NCBI GenBank assembly: GCA_017475605.1
Contig: JAFVFD010000004.1
Span: 30,001 to 62,000 of the forward strand
DNA from: Alphaproteobacteria bacterium
GTDB taxonomy: Bacteria > Pseudomonadota > Alphaproteobacteria > Rs-D84
Length of the DNA: 32,000 nucleotides
Reading direction: 5' to 3'
Below, piece by piece: positions 1 through 8,751 of this stretch. The position numbers and the translations under genes were made by a program. Under the pieces are notes generated by a model. That model was not told where the DNA came from and made no database searches. It saw nothing but the letters and a program-made list of their open reading frames with translations. Positions within the stretch are counted from its first letter, which is position 1. Each line of letters opens with the position of its first letter.

Positions 1-1
1 T

Positions 2-574
2 AACCAAAGCGGAGACCCGACCACCTCTCGTTGTGTTGATTGCCCGGACGGGACATATTCAACAACGACAGAGTCAACATCGTGTACCACATGCCCCAGC
101 GCATCAAACCCCGCCCAATACACAACATCAAGTCTTACAACCGTTGCATCGGTTGATACCGGCCATATAAAACAGGACAATGATACATCCGCCGATCAAT
201 GTTATCTTGCGCGCGGAACATATTACGATGCGGCGGGCACATATACAACACCCGCATGCTTTTACAACAACACCGAACGCGCCAGCACGATGGATTGCTC
301 TATTGTCCAGGGTGTTTGTACAACTGCGGCTGGTACAGCAGGTACCGTATATGCGACCCAAGGGGTGCCATTGGGTGCAACCGGCCAAGGCCAGGCATGT
401 TGGTGCGGATATGGCGAAGGTAGTTACAATGGTTCGGCAAAGTGGCTTTATATCGGCACAATGGGACAAACAGCAAGTAGCTCAAGCGGATCATGTGCAA
501 CAGCGTGTACAGAATCGTTTTGTACAAACCAGTTAAGTTTAACTGGAAGGCCAGAATTGTTGGGGTGTGATTAA
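2..574 (+). CDS. 3' part of a secreted cysteine-rich protein (5' end outside window)
   Basis: Frame 2 is open from the window edge to TAA 572-574; the ORF track lists it only from an internal Met at 290. The translation ...SRCVDCPDGTYSTTTESTSCTTCPS...ACWCGYGEGSYNG...SCATACTESFCTNQ... has 14 Cys in 190 aa and is Thr/Gly/Ser-rich. A strong hairpin terminator follows. Confidence 0.6.
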   Translation, partial: NQSGDPTTSRCVDCPDGTYSTTTESTSCTTCPSASNPAQYTTSSLTTVASVDTGHIKQDNDTSADQCYLARGTYYDAAGTYTTPACFYNNTERASTMDCSIVQGVCTTAAGTAGTVYATQGVPLGATGQGQACWCGYGEGSYNGSAKWLYIGTMGQTASSSSGSCATACTESFCTNQLSLTGRPELLGCD

Positions 575-588
575 AACCAAAACAAAAA

Positions 589-617
589 CACCGCCCACAT
601 GGGCGGTGTTTTTATTT
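589..617. terminator. bidirectional rho-independent terminator
   Basis: CACCGCCC-ACAT-GGGCGGTG stem-loop with an A-run upstream and TTTTTATTT downstream, between convergent genes. Confidence 0.75.
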
Positions 618-618
618 A

Positions 619-1080
619 CTAACGAAATGTACGGGATAAATATATTTCGTTTATTTTTTTAACCACATCCTTGGCAATGGCAAGTTTCGTGCGTAATTTA
701 TGAACCATTAAATACTCGCCCCCCAACAACCCCGCATTTATTGGTATTGTATAAGACTGAATTTTTGTGCCCAAATCGTAATCGTATCCGTACTTTACCG
801 CAAAACCCGCAATAACGGATGCTATTATTACCGTTGTTGTTGCCTGGACCCCCGCGCGCAAACGCATCATATCGCGCGCAATCTTTAATATTTTACACAT
901 TAAATCATATTCCGCCTGGGTTATGTTTTCACCCGGCTTGGCTTGTTCTATTATTGCCTGTAATTTTTTAATAGATTCGCGCATTTTAATTCCGTTGTTA
1001 CTTATTGATAGTTCGCGAATTATTACATGCGTGCGCCTAAAATCAATATATTTATTGCAAATTGGCTTTTTCGGTATCAT
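619..1080 (-). CDS. hypothetical protein with one hydrophobic (TM-like) segment
   Basis: Track ORF 619..1152 starts at a TTG and would overlap glyQS. The first ATG (MIPKKPICNK...) is at 1080, with an alternative ATG at 984. Contains the hydrophobic stretch TTTVIIASVIAGFAV. No family recognised and no clear SD. Confidence 0.45.
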   Translation of the reverse strand: MIPKKPICNKYIDFRRTHVIIRELSISNNGIKMRESIKKLQAIIEQAKPGENITQAEYDLMCKILKIARDMMRLRAGVQATTTVIIASVIAGFAVKYGYDYDLGTKIQSYTIPINAGLLGGEYLMVHKLRTKLAIAKDVVKKINEIYLSRTFR

Positions 1081-1111
1081 AATATAGCGCGATAAAACAA
1101 AGGAAATTATT

Positions 1112-2473
1112 ATGCCAGCAAAAAGTGTTAATGATATTGTCGCATTGTGCAAGCGGCGCGGGTTTATTTTTACAGGTTCTGAAATCTATGGCGGATTGGG
1201 CGGCGCGTACGATTACGGCCCATATGGTGTGGAATTGATGCGCAACATCAAGAACGCATGGTGGAATGCCATGATTTATTCACGTAATGATATCGAAGGG
1301 TTGGATGCGGCGTTGATTTCCAACCGTTTAATGTGGAAATATTCTGGACACGAGGCATCGTTTTCCGACCCATTGGTTGAATGTAAAAAATGCGGCACCC
1401 GCATGCGCCAGGATAAAATGAAGGACCCAACTAAATGCGATAACTGTGGTTCAACCGACATTACCGAACCACGCGCATATCAATTGATGATGGGCCTGTC
1501 CATCGGTGCGATGGCGGATGGTGCGATTAACGCATATCTGCGACCGGAAACCGCGACAACGACCTATGTTAACTTTAAAAATGTACTTGATTCCACGCCA
1601 CATAAATTACCGTTTGGTATTGCCCAAATCGGCAAGGCTTTCCGGAACGAGATTTCGCCCCGCGGCTTTGTCTTCCGCATGCGCGAATTCGAACAGGCGG
1701 AAATGCAATACTTTGTGAACCCGGCGGACGATGAAAAGTATTTTGAAATGTGGAAGGCCACACGTATGGCATGGTGGATAAATGTTTTGGGAATACCGGC
1801 CGAAAAATTGCGTTTCCTGCCACATGTGAAATTGGCACACTATGCCAAGGCCGCGGTTGATATTGAATACGCATTCCCAGATGGCTTTGACGAAGTCGAA
1901 GGTGTCCATAACCGCCAGGACTTTGATTTGGGTTCACACACGAAATCCCAGGAAGAATTCAAGATTCACGCAAATGTTTTGAAAAATACGGACAGCACGA
2001 CAAAACTGTCTTATTCCGATGCCCAGACGGGTGAAAACTTTATCCCATATGTTATTGAAACGGCAATGGGTGTTAACCGCGCCATGTTGGCGGTTATGAT
2101 AGAAGCGTACACTGAAGAAGACCTGGGCGATGGCAAATCACGTGTTGTATTGAAATTAAAGCCATGGTTATCACCTGTCAAGGCGGCGGTTATTCCATTG
2201 GCACGAAATGTACCGGAACTGTTGGAAATATCGACCAACATCGAAAACGATTTGCGCAAATTGGGCATTGGCCGTATTGAATTGGAAAACAGTGGTAATA
2301 TCGGTAAAAACTATCGCCGACACGATGAAATCGGCACACCGGTATGTATAACCGTTGACCATCAAACAATCGAAGATGGCACCGTTACATTGCGCTATCG
2401 CGACACCATGGACCAGGTTCGCGTACCAATCGCGGACGTTCCGGCCAAGGTATTGGAAATCGTAAAGCAATAA
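1112..2473 (+). CDS. glyQS: glycine--tRNA ligase, homodimeric (alpha2) class II type
   Basis: 453 aa. The N-terminus ...CKRRGFIFTGSEIYGGLGGAYDYGPYGVELMRNIKNAWW... is the hallmark of alpha2-type GlyRS. An AAGGA SD lies upstream of the ATG and a terminator hairpin lies downstream. Confidence 0.93.
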   Translation: MPAKSVNDIVALCKRRGFIFTGSEIYGGLGGAYDYGPYGVELMRNIKNAWWNAMIYSRNDIEGLDAALISNRLMWKYSGHEASFSDPLVECKKCGTRMRQDKMKDPTKCDNCGSTDITEPRAYQLMMGLSIGAMADGAINAYLRPETATTTYVNFKNVLDSTPHKLPFGIAQIGKAFRNEISPRGFVFRMREFEQAEMQYFVNPADDEKYFEMWKATRMAWWINVLGIPAEKLRFLPHVKLAHYAKAAVDIEYAFPDGFDEVEGVHNRQDFDLGSHTKSQEEFKIHANVLKNTDSTTKLSYSDAQTGENFIPYVIETAMGVNRAMLAVMIEAYTEEDLGDGKSRVVLKLKPWLSPVKAAVIPLARNVPELLEISTNIENDLRKLGIGRIELENSGNIGKNYRRHDEIGTPVCITVDHQTIEDGTVTLRYRDTMDQVRVPIADVPAKVLEIVKQ

Positions 2474-2495
2474 TGGTTGGCAACAATCAGGAATG

Positions 2496-2522
2496 AAAAA
2501 CGCGCCATTGGCGCGTTTTTTT
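2496..2522. terminator. bidirectional rho-independent terminator
   Basis: AAAAA-CGCGCC-ATT-GGCGCG-TTTTTTT between convergent glyQS and the 558-aa gene. Confidence 0.75.
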
Positions 2523-4197
2523 ATTCGTTAACATCTGGAATTACAACGGTATCATTATAATAGGACAAGAAACGATTACCCGTAAAACAAACAAATTTTT
2601 GTAATGAATCCCTGTATTCGCGCACTGCGGAAACCCAACGTTCATCAATATCACTCTGTGCGCCCTGGTACGCGGTAAACGCACCCAACGCACCACCGGC
2701 ACCGGCACCAATCATGGTTCCTTTTAAACGCGCCTTGTTATCTAAATCGATAATACCACCGTCGTCGGCACTTATATACATAGGTTCAAAATTATCCAAC
2801 GAATCAACCTTTAACACGCCCGATGCATTACCCTGGGGGGTGCGCGCAAATATTTGATATGCCGGATTTTTGGCCCTCCACGCATACCAATCAGAACGTT
2901 TAAGCCCAAAGAATCTATCATTAAAGCCCCAAATCATCGCCGGCTTGCGCGTTGTTGGGCGCATGGCACTTACAATGCGAACATATGGTGCGGAATCAGA
3001 ACTGCCACCACTTTTCATTTCTGATGTGCCATCTAATTTCTTTTCAAAGCGGAACAAATTATCTGTCCCCATTTTAAGTGCATCATAATCTGCCTGCTTT
3101 AATGAATTTATTTCAACAGTTTCATTTTTGTTTTTTTTAATATATATGGAAGTCAAATTATCAGATTTACAATTCGTTTTATCGCATGTCATAACAGTGC
3201 GGTTTTGTAAATCATAATACGCGGTTATACAATTACCTTTGTTCTTTTCTTCGCACAGTTCACCCGCGCCATTATCCGTAAATTTAACCCCTTCAACCAC
3301 ATAACCCCAAAGGCATTTTGCCGTATTGCCGTCATCGTCTTTACAATCTTCGATACGCAAAACATCATCACCCGATGCCACAATATTACCCACAACACCG
3401 CCCGCGGCCGCGTTTATGCCGGTTGACATAATCATATCACCGCCAACTTTGCCGGCATACGCACCACCGGCACCGATTGCCGCGCCACTTAATGCGCCGA
3501 TAACTGTTCCCTGGATTTTGCCTTTGTCTGTACCAACAAGGCCATCTTTGCCAACATCGTTTTTGCCTGCGATATTTCCACCAATTGCACCAACCAATGT
3601 CGCCGCCGCAATTTTAAGACCCGCGTTTTGCTTTTGTTCCTGGTTCAAGACATTAACAACATCGGCCGTTGTTGGTTCGCTGTCCGCCGGAAATACAACA
3701 TTTTGCGCGTCAAGAGTATATGAATATTCCGGAAAGTCAGAAATATTACATTTAACACTTGACCCCGCAGCAACATTTGCGCGCGCCAACACAACATCGG
3801 ACCCGCCCGGCCCCATTTGATAACCACGCAATTCCACAACCGCAACGCATGTATTCGCACCACCAGCACCGACACCCGCCGTCGGGTGATCCCACGCAAA
3901 TTCGCCATTTGGATAAATCTTTTTACATGATTCAAGGTGTGTTGCCGTTATACTTGCGGTACCATTTTGAATTTCTTTGGCTAAATCTTCATTTGCGACA
4001 CGCACAGGCAATTCCGCATTTGTTACGACCGGTGCCGCCGCATTTACCGCCGCTGTATTCGCCGCCACATATTGACGGTATGCATCATTTTTAGTCTTGT
4101 TTCCTATACGCACCGCCGCATCAGCCGACCCGCCGGCCAACAACCCGACAATGCCGACAAACAACGATACATGTAAAATCTTGTTTTCGTGTGCCAT
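2521..4197 (-). CDS. secreted protein of unknown function with glycine-zipper segments and 10 Cys
   Basis: 558 aa. Strong SD (GGGAGAGAG) before the ATG. Signal peptide MAHENKILHVSLFVGIVGLLAGGSADA|A. Central Gly-zipper region (VGAIGGNIAGK...GALSGAAIGAGGAYAGKVGG...AAAGGVVGNIV) and a second one near the C-terminus (GTMIGAGAGGALGAF). No family recognised. Confidence 0.8.
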   Translation of the reverse strand: MAHENKILHVSLFVGIVGLLAGGSADAAVRIGNKTKNDAYRQYVAANTAAVNAAAPVVTNAELPVRVANEDLAKEIQNGTASITATHLESCKKIYPNGEFAWDHPTAGVGAGGANTCVAVVELRGYQMGPGGSDVVLARANVAAGSSVKCNISDFPEYSYTLDAQNVVFPADSEPTTADVVNVLNQEQKQNAGLKIAAATLVGAIGGNIAGKNDVGKDGLVGTDKGKIQGTVIGALSGAAIGAGGAYAGKVGGDMIMSTGINAAAGGVVGNIVASGDDVLRIEDCKDDDGNTAKCLWGYVVEGVKFTDNGAGELCEEKNKGNCITAYYDLQNRTVMTCDKTNCKSDNLTSIYIKKNKNETVEINSLKQADYDALKMGTDNLFRFEKKLDGTSEMKSGGSSDSAPYVRIVSAMRPTTRKPAMIWGFNDRFFGLKRSDWYAWRAKNPAYQIFARTPQGNASGVLKVDSLDNFEPMYISADDGGIIDLDNKARLKGTMIGAGAGGALGAFTAYQGAQSDIDERWVSAVREYRDSLQKFVCFTGNRFLSYYNDTVVIPDVNE

Positions 4198-4225
4198 CTC
4201 TCTCCCACTAAACGCACAGCGCGCC

Positions 4226-5341
4226 CTAGAACTGTAATCTTAAACGAACGCCGACATCAACCATGCCCAACCGTCCGCTTTCATACCAATCGGTATAGTG
4301 ATAAACACTGTCGTATGGCGCTTCGTATTCGCCACCGGCACCGTCGCCCAACCATTCAGTCTGGGACATAACAATACTGCCCGATGTTTTAACCTTGCCC
4401 AGATTCGCATAGCGAACAAAGAAATCTAATTTTAACCCGCCGGACAATTCGGTTGTAACACCACCTTCTAACATAAACGCCAATTGTTCCGTTGTGCCCC
4501 CATTGTGATACGCATAAATATCGGACACACCGGTCAAATCAGTCGGTTCCGCAAGTGCCGGATCCATTTCTGAATAGAATGTATCGTCCAACACGACATA
4601 GTCCGCAATTGTATTAAGCGACAACCCAACACCCACACCGATATATGGACGCAACGAACCGCCCGCAATATAACCGGTATAGGAATCAATATTGTAATAG
4701 ACATTCAACATTGTCGCATTCGCGGTAATTGCACCACCATCAACCGTTGCAGTCGCAAAGCCGCCCGCACCGTCCGCGGTTTCAACCGTCTTTGGATAAC
4801 TTAAACCACTGTAACGCAAAAACGAAAAGTCAACACGAATGTCATTATTGATTGCGGCACCAACCGAAACCTGTAATGGAATTACCGTATCGGAACGAAG
4901 GTCTGCCTCTTTAAACGCACCAGGAACGGCAAAAGCCTTGTTTTCACCGGTATAATCGGCGCTTATAGAACCCATAATGGATGCACTGTACCCCGCGGAA
5001 AGCCCGATATATAAACCACTGTCCGCCAAACGGTCATAGTCCGCCGGTTGATAATATTGACGGCCCGCATTTGTGGCATTGGACCCAACCTTGGGCAACA
5101 TGCCGGTAATACGACTTGGGTTCGCAGCAACCGCCGAATTAGCAATAACAACCTGGCCCGCCGCGGCATTTGCGTTTGGCAAAACCACCTGGGTTCCACC
5201 CGGATAGGTCAAGACACGACCATTTGCGACAATTTGGTTGCCCGTACCCGCAACTTGATACGCAGGATATGCGGCATCCGCGCCACATGGCACGCCCAAA
5301 ACAAAACCCATCAACGCGGCAGAAATGCTGAATTTTTTCAT
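4226..5341 (-). CDS. outer-membrane beta-barrel protein (Omp25/OMP_b-brl-like) with ~110-aa N-terminal extension
   Basis: 371 aa. Signal peptide MKKFSISAALMGFVLGVPCGADA|A. Alternating hydrophobic beta-strand pattern and the C-terminal OMP signature ...VGVRLRLQF. Only 28 nt upstream of the 558-aa gene. Confidence 0.8.
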   Translation of the reverse strand: MKKFSISAALMGFVLGVPCGADAAYPAYQVAGTGNQIVANGRVLTYPGGTQVVLPNANAAAGQVVIANSAVAANPSRITGMLPKVGSNATNAGRQYYQPADYDRLADSGLYIGLSAGYSASIMGSISADYTGENKAFAVPGAFKEADLRSDTVIPLQVSVGAAINNDIRVDFSFLRYSGLSYPKTVETADGAGGFATATVDGGAITANATMLNVYYNIDSYTGYIAGGSLRPYIGVGVGLSLNTIADYVVLDDTFYSEMDPALAEPTDLTGVSDIYAYHNGGTTEQLAFMLEGGVTTELSGGLKLDFFVRYANLGKVKTSGSIVMSQTEWLGDGAGGEYEAPYDSVYHYTDWYESGRLGMVDVGVRLRLQF

Positions 5342-5408
5342 CCTTGCCCTTGCTTCCTTTTGTCATATTATACCATAAATCGCCCCCATAAAAAAGTGTT
5401 TTATACGA

Positions 5409-5435
5409 ATAAAAATACCCCACAAAAATGTGGGG
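5409..5435 (-). terminator. rho-independent terminator after OMP gene 5458..6498
   Basis: CCCCACA-AAAA-TGTGGGG stem-loop. On the minus strand it is followed by TATTTTT. Confidence 0.65.
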
Positions 5436-5457
5436 CATTTTACATAATGTTCGGTTT

Positions 5458-6498
5458 TTAGAACTTTACATTCAAACGGAAACCAGTTTCAGCCTTGAAA
5501 TCTGTTGTGTTCGCATTCAAATGCTGGCCGTTGTCCAGGGTATTTTCAAAATACCATGCGACCTGCATATAATCGGTTGCCTGATATGCGACAACAAACG
5601 ATTGGGCAAATTCGCTAAAACGGTCGTGCATGTCTTTCTTCTGTTGGATAAGACCATTAGCGACAGCCTGACCTTGCGCACTTTCTATCTTGGTATGAAC
5701 TTTCTTCAAACCGTTTTGCGCGTGATAAATGTATTTCAAACCCAAACCAAATGACCATCTGTCATTTACCTGGTAAAACGCATTTGCCCCCAAATCAAAT
5801 TCAGTTGTAGATTTCAAATCAACCGAGATTTTATCTGGCATATTGAATGGAGCCCCCGTTACAGGCATGCCCATATATTCAAATTTTGATATATCAATTT
5901 CGTTATTGTGGTTACCCCATGTGCGCAATAATTCAACAAATGCGCTTGTTGTCCAGCGGTCCCAAACTTTACCAAACTTGGTCCCGACATGGTAACCCCA
6001 ACGGCCGTTGGAATAATTATCATACTGGAAGGTATCACCTGCACCTTTATTAACCAACGACCCCTTCATCTTTTCCATACCGCCCATGTGGAAATCGCCA
6101 TACAGATCCCAGACCCAGCCGTCTGCGCTGTTAATCACGCGGTATGTTGTTCCAATACGGCCCAGGTGGAAACCATAGCGTTCAATATCGCGGTTATGTG
6201 TATAACCAATTTGGCCATGCACCGCCCAACGATCTGTAATACCATAGCCCAAATCTAATGTTGGACGCCAAATAGGAAATTCTTCGGCACCATCGTGGAA
6301 TAATTTTTTCTGGGCATCATTACTGTCGGTAACTTTGAACATAACACCGAAACCAACCTTGCTGTATGTTTCACCGGCGGTTGGCAAATATAATGGATTT
6401 TCAACATTGCGCAATGTTCCCACAACATATGGGGTATCCGCCAATGCTGGCGCGGTCAAAACAGACGCAATCATTGCGACCTTGAAAGTTTTTTTCAT
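5458..6498 (-). CDS. outer-membrane beta-barrel protein (porin-like), family not recognised
   Basis: 346 aa. AAGGAG SD 8 nt before the ATG. Signal peptide MKKTFKVAMIASVLTAPALA|D. Aromatic-rich amphipathic strands and a C-terminal ...GFRLNVKF. Confidence 0.8.
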   Translation of the reverse strand: MKKTFKVAMIASVLTAPALADTPYVVGTLRNVENPLYLPTAGETYSKVGFGVMFKVTDSNDAQKKLFHDGAEEFPIWRPTLDLGYGITDRWAVHGQIGYTHNRDIERYGFHLGRIGTTYRVINSADGWVWDLYGDFHMGGMEKMKGSLVNKGAGDTFQYDNYSNGRWGYHVGTKFGKVWDRWTTSAFVELLRTWGNHNNEIDISKFEYMGMPVTGAPFNMPDKISVDLKSTTEFDLGANAFYQVNDRWSFGLGLKYIYHAQNGLKKVHTKIESAQGQAVANGLIQQKKDMHDRFSEFAQSFVVAYQATDYMQVAWYFENTLDNGQHLNANTTDFKAETGFRLNVKF

Positions 6499-6671
6499 CG
6501 TTTAAACTCCTTGTTATTTTGATGAATGCACCGACCCCCATTTTTGGCAAGACCGGCGGGACACATCAACGCCGAAATACCAACGGTGGCAAAGTTTTAC
6601 AATATGACCATTCTACACTTTAACAGCATTATAAGAATAATGTCAAAAAAAACTTTAACTTGACATAGCAC

Positions 6672-6700
6672 TTGAAACCGGTTATGCGTCGCGCTATAAT
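6672..6700 (+). promoter_or_regulatory. sigma70-type promoter TTGAAA-17-TATAAT
   Basis: -35 at 6672-6677 and -10 at 6695-6700 with a 17-nt spacer, about 45 nt upstream of the 6746 ATG, which has a GGGGGA SD. Confidence 0.5.
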
Positions 6701-6745
6701 ATTGTGTGAAGAATAACAAGGACAAAAAAAACAAAGGGGGATGCC

Positions 6746-7300
6746 ATGCAAGATAAATCGCAAAACAACATGGCCAATATTGCCAAAACCCAAACACAAA
6801 AAACAACAAAATCAAAAAAACAACCCGTTATTTCCCGGGAAAATCGTAAAAAAATCGCACGTGCGTATTATCAACTGTATCGTGTATTTTTATTAAAGAA
6901 TTTATTGGCCGGCATGACATTGGGGGCCGCATCACACAATGCGATGCAATTGGTTCGTGCAAAAATCGCCACCATGGACAAGGCTAACCCGGTTACAAAA
7001 TATTTATTGCGTATTAACGCGCGCCATTCCAAACGCGTTGCAAAGCGCATTATGACAAACAAATATCGCGATGCGCGTGCAACTGCGACACCGGAAACGC
7101 GTGCCAAAATTGCGAAATTAATGCCAAAATGGTTGGCTTTTTCGCTGAACACATTTAATACAATGTCCGCATTGTACAAACCAAAAACAATTGCGAAACC
7201 CGCACCGACAAAAACGGTTGCGAAACCCGCACCACAGGTTCAGCGTCCAACGTTGTTACAGATAAAAATCGCAGAACAACAACGGCAGCGTGCCGCATAA
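6746..7300 (+). CDS. highly basic Lys/Arg-rich hypothetical protein with KPAP tandem repeat
   Basis: 184 aa. Good SD and promoter, and a terminator directly downstream. The 16-nt unit TTGCGAAACCCGCACC occurs at 7191-7206 and 7218-7233 (27-nt period, AKPAP). Confidence 0.7.
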   Translation: MQDKSQNNMANIAKTQTQKTTKSKKQPVISRENRKKIARAYYQLYRVFLLKNLLAGMTLGAASHNAMQLVRAKIATMDKANPVTKYLLRINARHSKRVAKRIMTNKYRDARATATPETRAKIAKLMPKWLAFSLNTFNTMSALYKPKTIAKPAPTKTVAKPAPQVQRPTLLQIKIAEQQRQRAA

Positions 7301-7303
7301 AAT

Positions 7304-7336
7304 AAAAAACCGCCAATTCGGCGGTTTTTTATTTTT
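7304..7336. terminator. bidirectional rho-independent terminator
   Basis: AAAAAA-CCGCC-AATTC-GGCGG-TTTTTTATTTTT between convergent genes. It overlaps the U32 gene stop. Confidence 0.75.
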
Positions 7337-8570
7337 GTTTATACGCAACAACCAACTGTACCAGTTTTTCATACCCCGCACCGACCCATGCGCGTGGAAT
7401 AATAATACTGTTATGTTGCCCCGCCGACATCTTGGGCAAATGTTCGCCATTTTTCGCATTGATGATTTCAGGCAATTTGACCGTAATTTTTTCCGCCGAA
7501 CCAGGCACCAGAAATGTTATTTCATCGCCGGCGCGGGTTTCATTACGCAATTCAAATGTAATTTTTTCATCCGTCATCGCGACAACCACCCCCGCCGCAT
7601 GAAAATCAGACATTGAACGCGCAGATTCAAAATTATGTGCTGTATCTGGCAAAGGCCCATCAAAAAACGCCGTTGTATAACCGCGGGTTTCCAATCTATT
7701 TAAATCGTCCATAAATGGCGCGGGGTCAAAGTGTTCTGGGTCCGCCGCCCATGCGTCCATCGCCGCGCGATATGCGTGCACCACCGATGCGACATAGTAT
7801 TCGGACCGATTTCGCCCCTCTATTTTCAATGAATCGGGCGCAGATGCCAAAACATCGGCCAATCGTGGCATCAAGCACAAATCTTTACTGTTCAAGATAT
7901 ATGCGCCATGTTCGTCTTCATCAATTGGCATTTCAATACCGGTGTCATGTTCGCGCAAAATAACATCATATTTCCACCGACAAAGTTGCGCACATGCGCC
8001 CCGATTCGCCGGCCGCCCCGTTATAAAGTTCGACAGCAAACACCGCCCTGAATATGCCATACACATTGCCCCATGAACAAAGATTTCCAATTTTATATCC
8101 GGGCACGCGGCGCGAATCGTTTTGAATTCGGCGTGCGACACTTCGCGCGCCAAAACGCAAAGCGATGCCCCCGCGCGCTGCCAAAACTTAACAGACGCGG
8201 CGGAACAGATATTTGCCTGGGTTGAAATATGAATCGGAATATCGGGATGATTTTCGCGCACCCACATAACGACACCCGGATCCGACACAATAAGTGCATC
8301 CGGTTTTAAATAATTAATAATCTGGCTTACCCGCGGCATATTGGCATATTCCACATCATGCGCGAACAAATTAAATGCCAGATACACGCGCTTTCCCGCG
8401 GCATGCGCCAAATCAATACCGGTTTTGACCTCTTCGGTGGTGATTTTAGCCCGCGCGCGCATAGAAAACCCGGGCAATCCTGCATAAATTGCGTCCGCCC
8501 CATAAAGAATTGCCGTCCGGAACGCATCCAGTGTCCCCGCCGGCGCCAATAATTCAGGTAATTTAGTCAT
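7329..8570 (-). CDS. U32-family peptidase-like protein (YegQ/TrhP-like)
   Basis: 413 aa. N-terminus MTKLPELLAPAGT..., core EIFVHGAMCMAYSGRCLLSNF...NRGACAQLCRWKY (U32 signature), plus DEHGAYILNSKDL and LKIEGRNRS. Confidence 0.88.
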   Translation of the reverse strand: MTKLPELLAPAGTLDAFRTAILYGADAIYAGLPGFSMRARAKITTEEVKTGIDLAHAAGKRVYLAFNLFAHDVEYANMPRVSQIINYLKPDALIVSDPGVVMWVRENHPDIPIHISTQANICSAASVKFWQRAGASLCVLAREVSHAEFKTIRAACPDIKLEIFVHGAMCMAYSGRCLLSNFITGRPANRGACAQLCRWKYDVILREHDTGIEMPIDEDEHGAYILNSKDLCLMPRLADVLASAPDSLKIEGRNRSEYYVASVVHAYRAAMDAWAADPEHFDPAPFMDDLNRLETRGYTTAFFDGPLPDTAHNFESARSMSDFHAAGVVVAMTDEKITFELRNETRAGDEITFLVPGSAEKITVKLPEIINAKNGEHLPKMSAGQHNSIIIPRAWVGAGYEKLVQLVVAYKQK

Positions 8571-8626
8571 AATGTATATTTTTAATGGTTATTTTATTTT
8601 TGCAAGCATTTTATGAATTTTTACAC

Positions 8627-8655
8627 TTGATATTTTGAAAACAACAATGTAATAT
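8627..8655 (+). promoter_or_regulatory. putative tRNA-Thr promoter TTGATA-17-TAATAT
   Basis: Hexamers at 8627-8632 and 8650-8655, with the -10 about 12 nt upstream of the mature tRNA 5' end. Confidence 0.4.
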
Positions 8656-8667
8656 ATGCTTCGCATT

Positions 8668-8743
8668 GCCGGTCTAGCTCAGCTGGTAGAGCATCTGATT
8701 TGTAATCAGAGGGTCGGGGGTTCAAGTCCCTCGACCGGCACCA
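8668..8743 (+). tRNA. tRNA-Thr (anticodon UGU), CCA encoded
   Basis: Manual cloverleaf: acceptor GCCGGTC/GACCGGC, D arm GCTC-AGCTGGTA-GAGC, anticodon arm TCTGA-TTTGTAA-TCAGA, T arm GGGGG-TTCAAGT-CCCTC, discriminator A, CCA. Confidence 0.93.
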
Positions 8744-8751
8744 CGAAATTA

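Noticed and set aside
3326-3820. 164-aa Pro/Ala-rich ORF on the plus strand
   Set aside because: It is antisense to the glycine-zipper region of the 558-aa gene. GGN/GCN codons read as NCC/NGC on the other strand and keep it open. It has no SD or promoter, so it is a shadow ORF.
6597-6815. 72-aa hydrophobic minus-strand ORF in the OMP/basic-protein intergenic region
   Set aside because: It overlaps the promoter, SD and start of the 6746 gene. Its hydrophobic translation is the expected by-product of T-rich DNA, and it has no SD.
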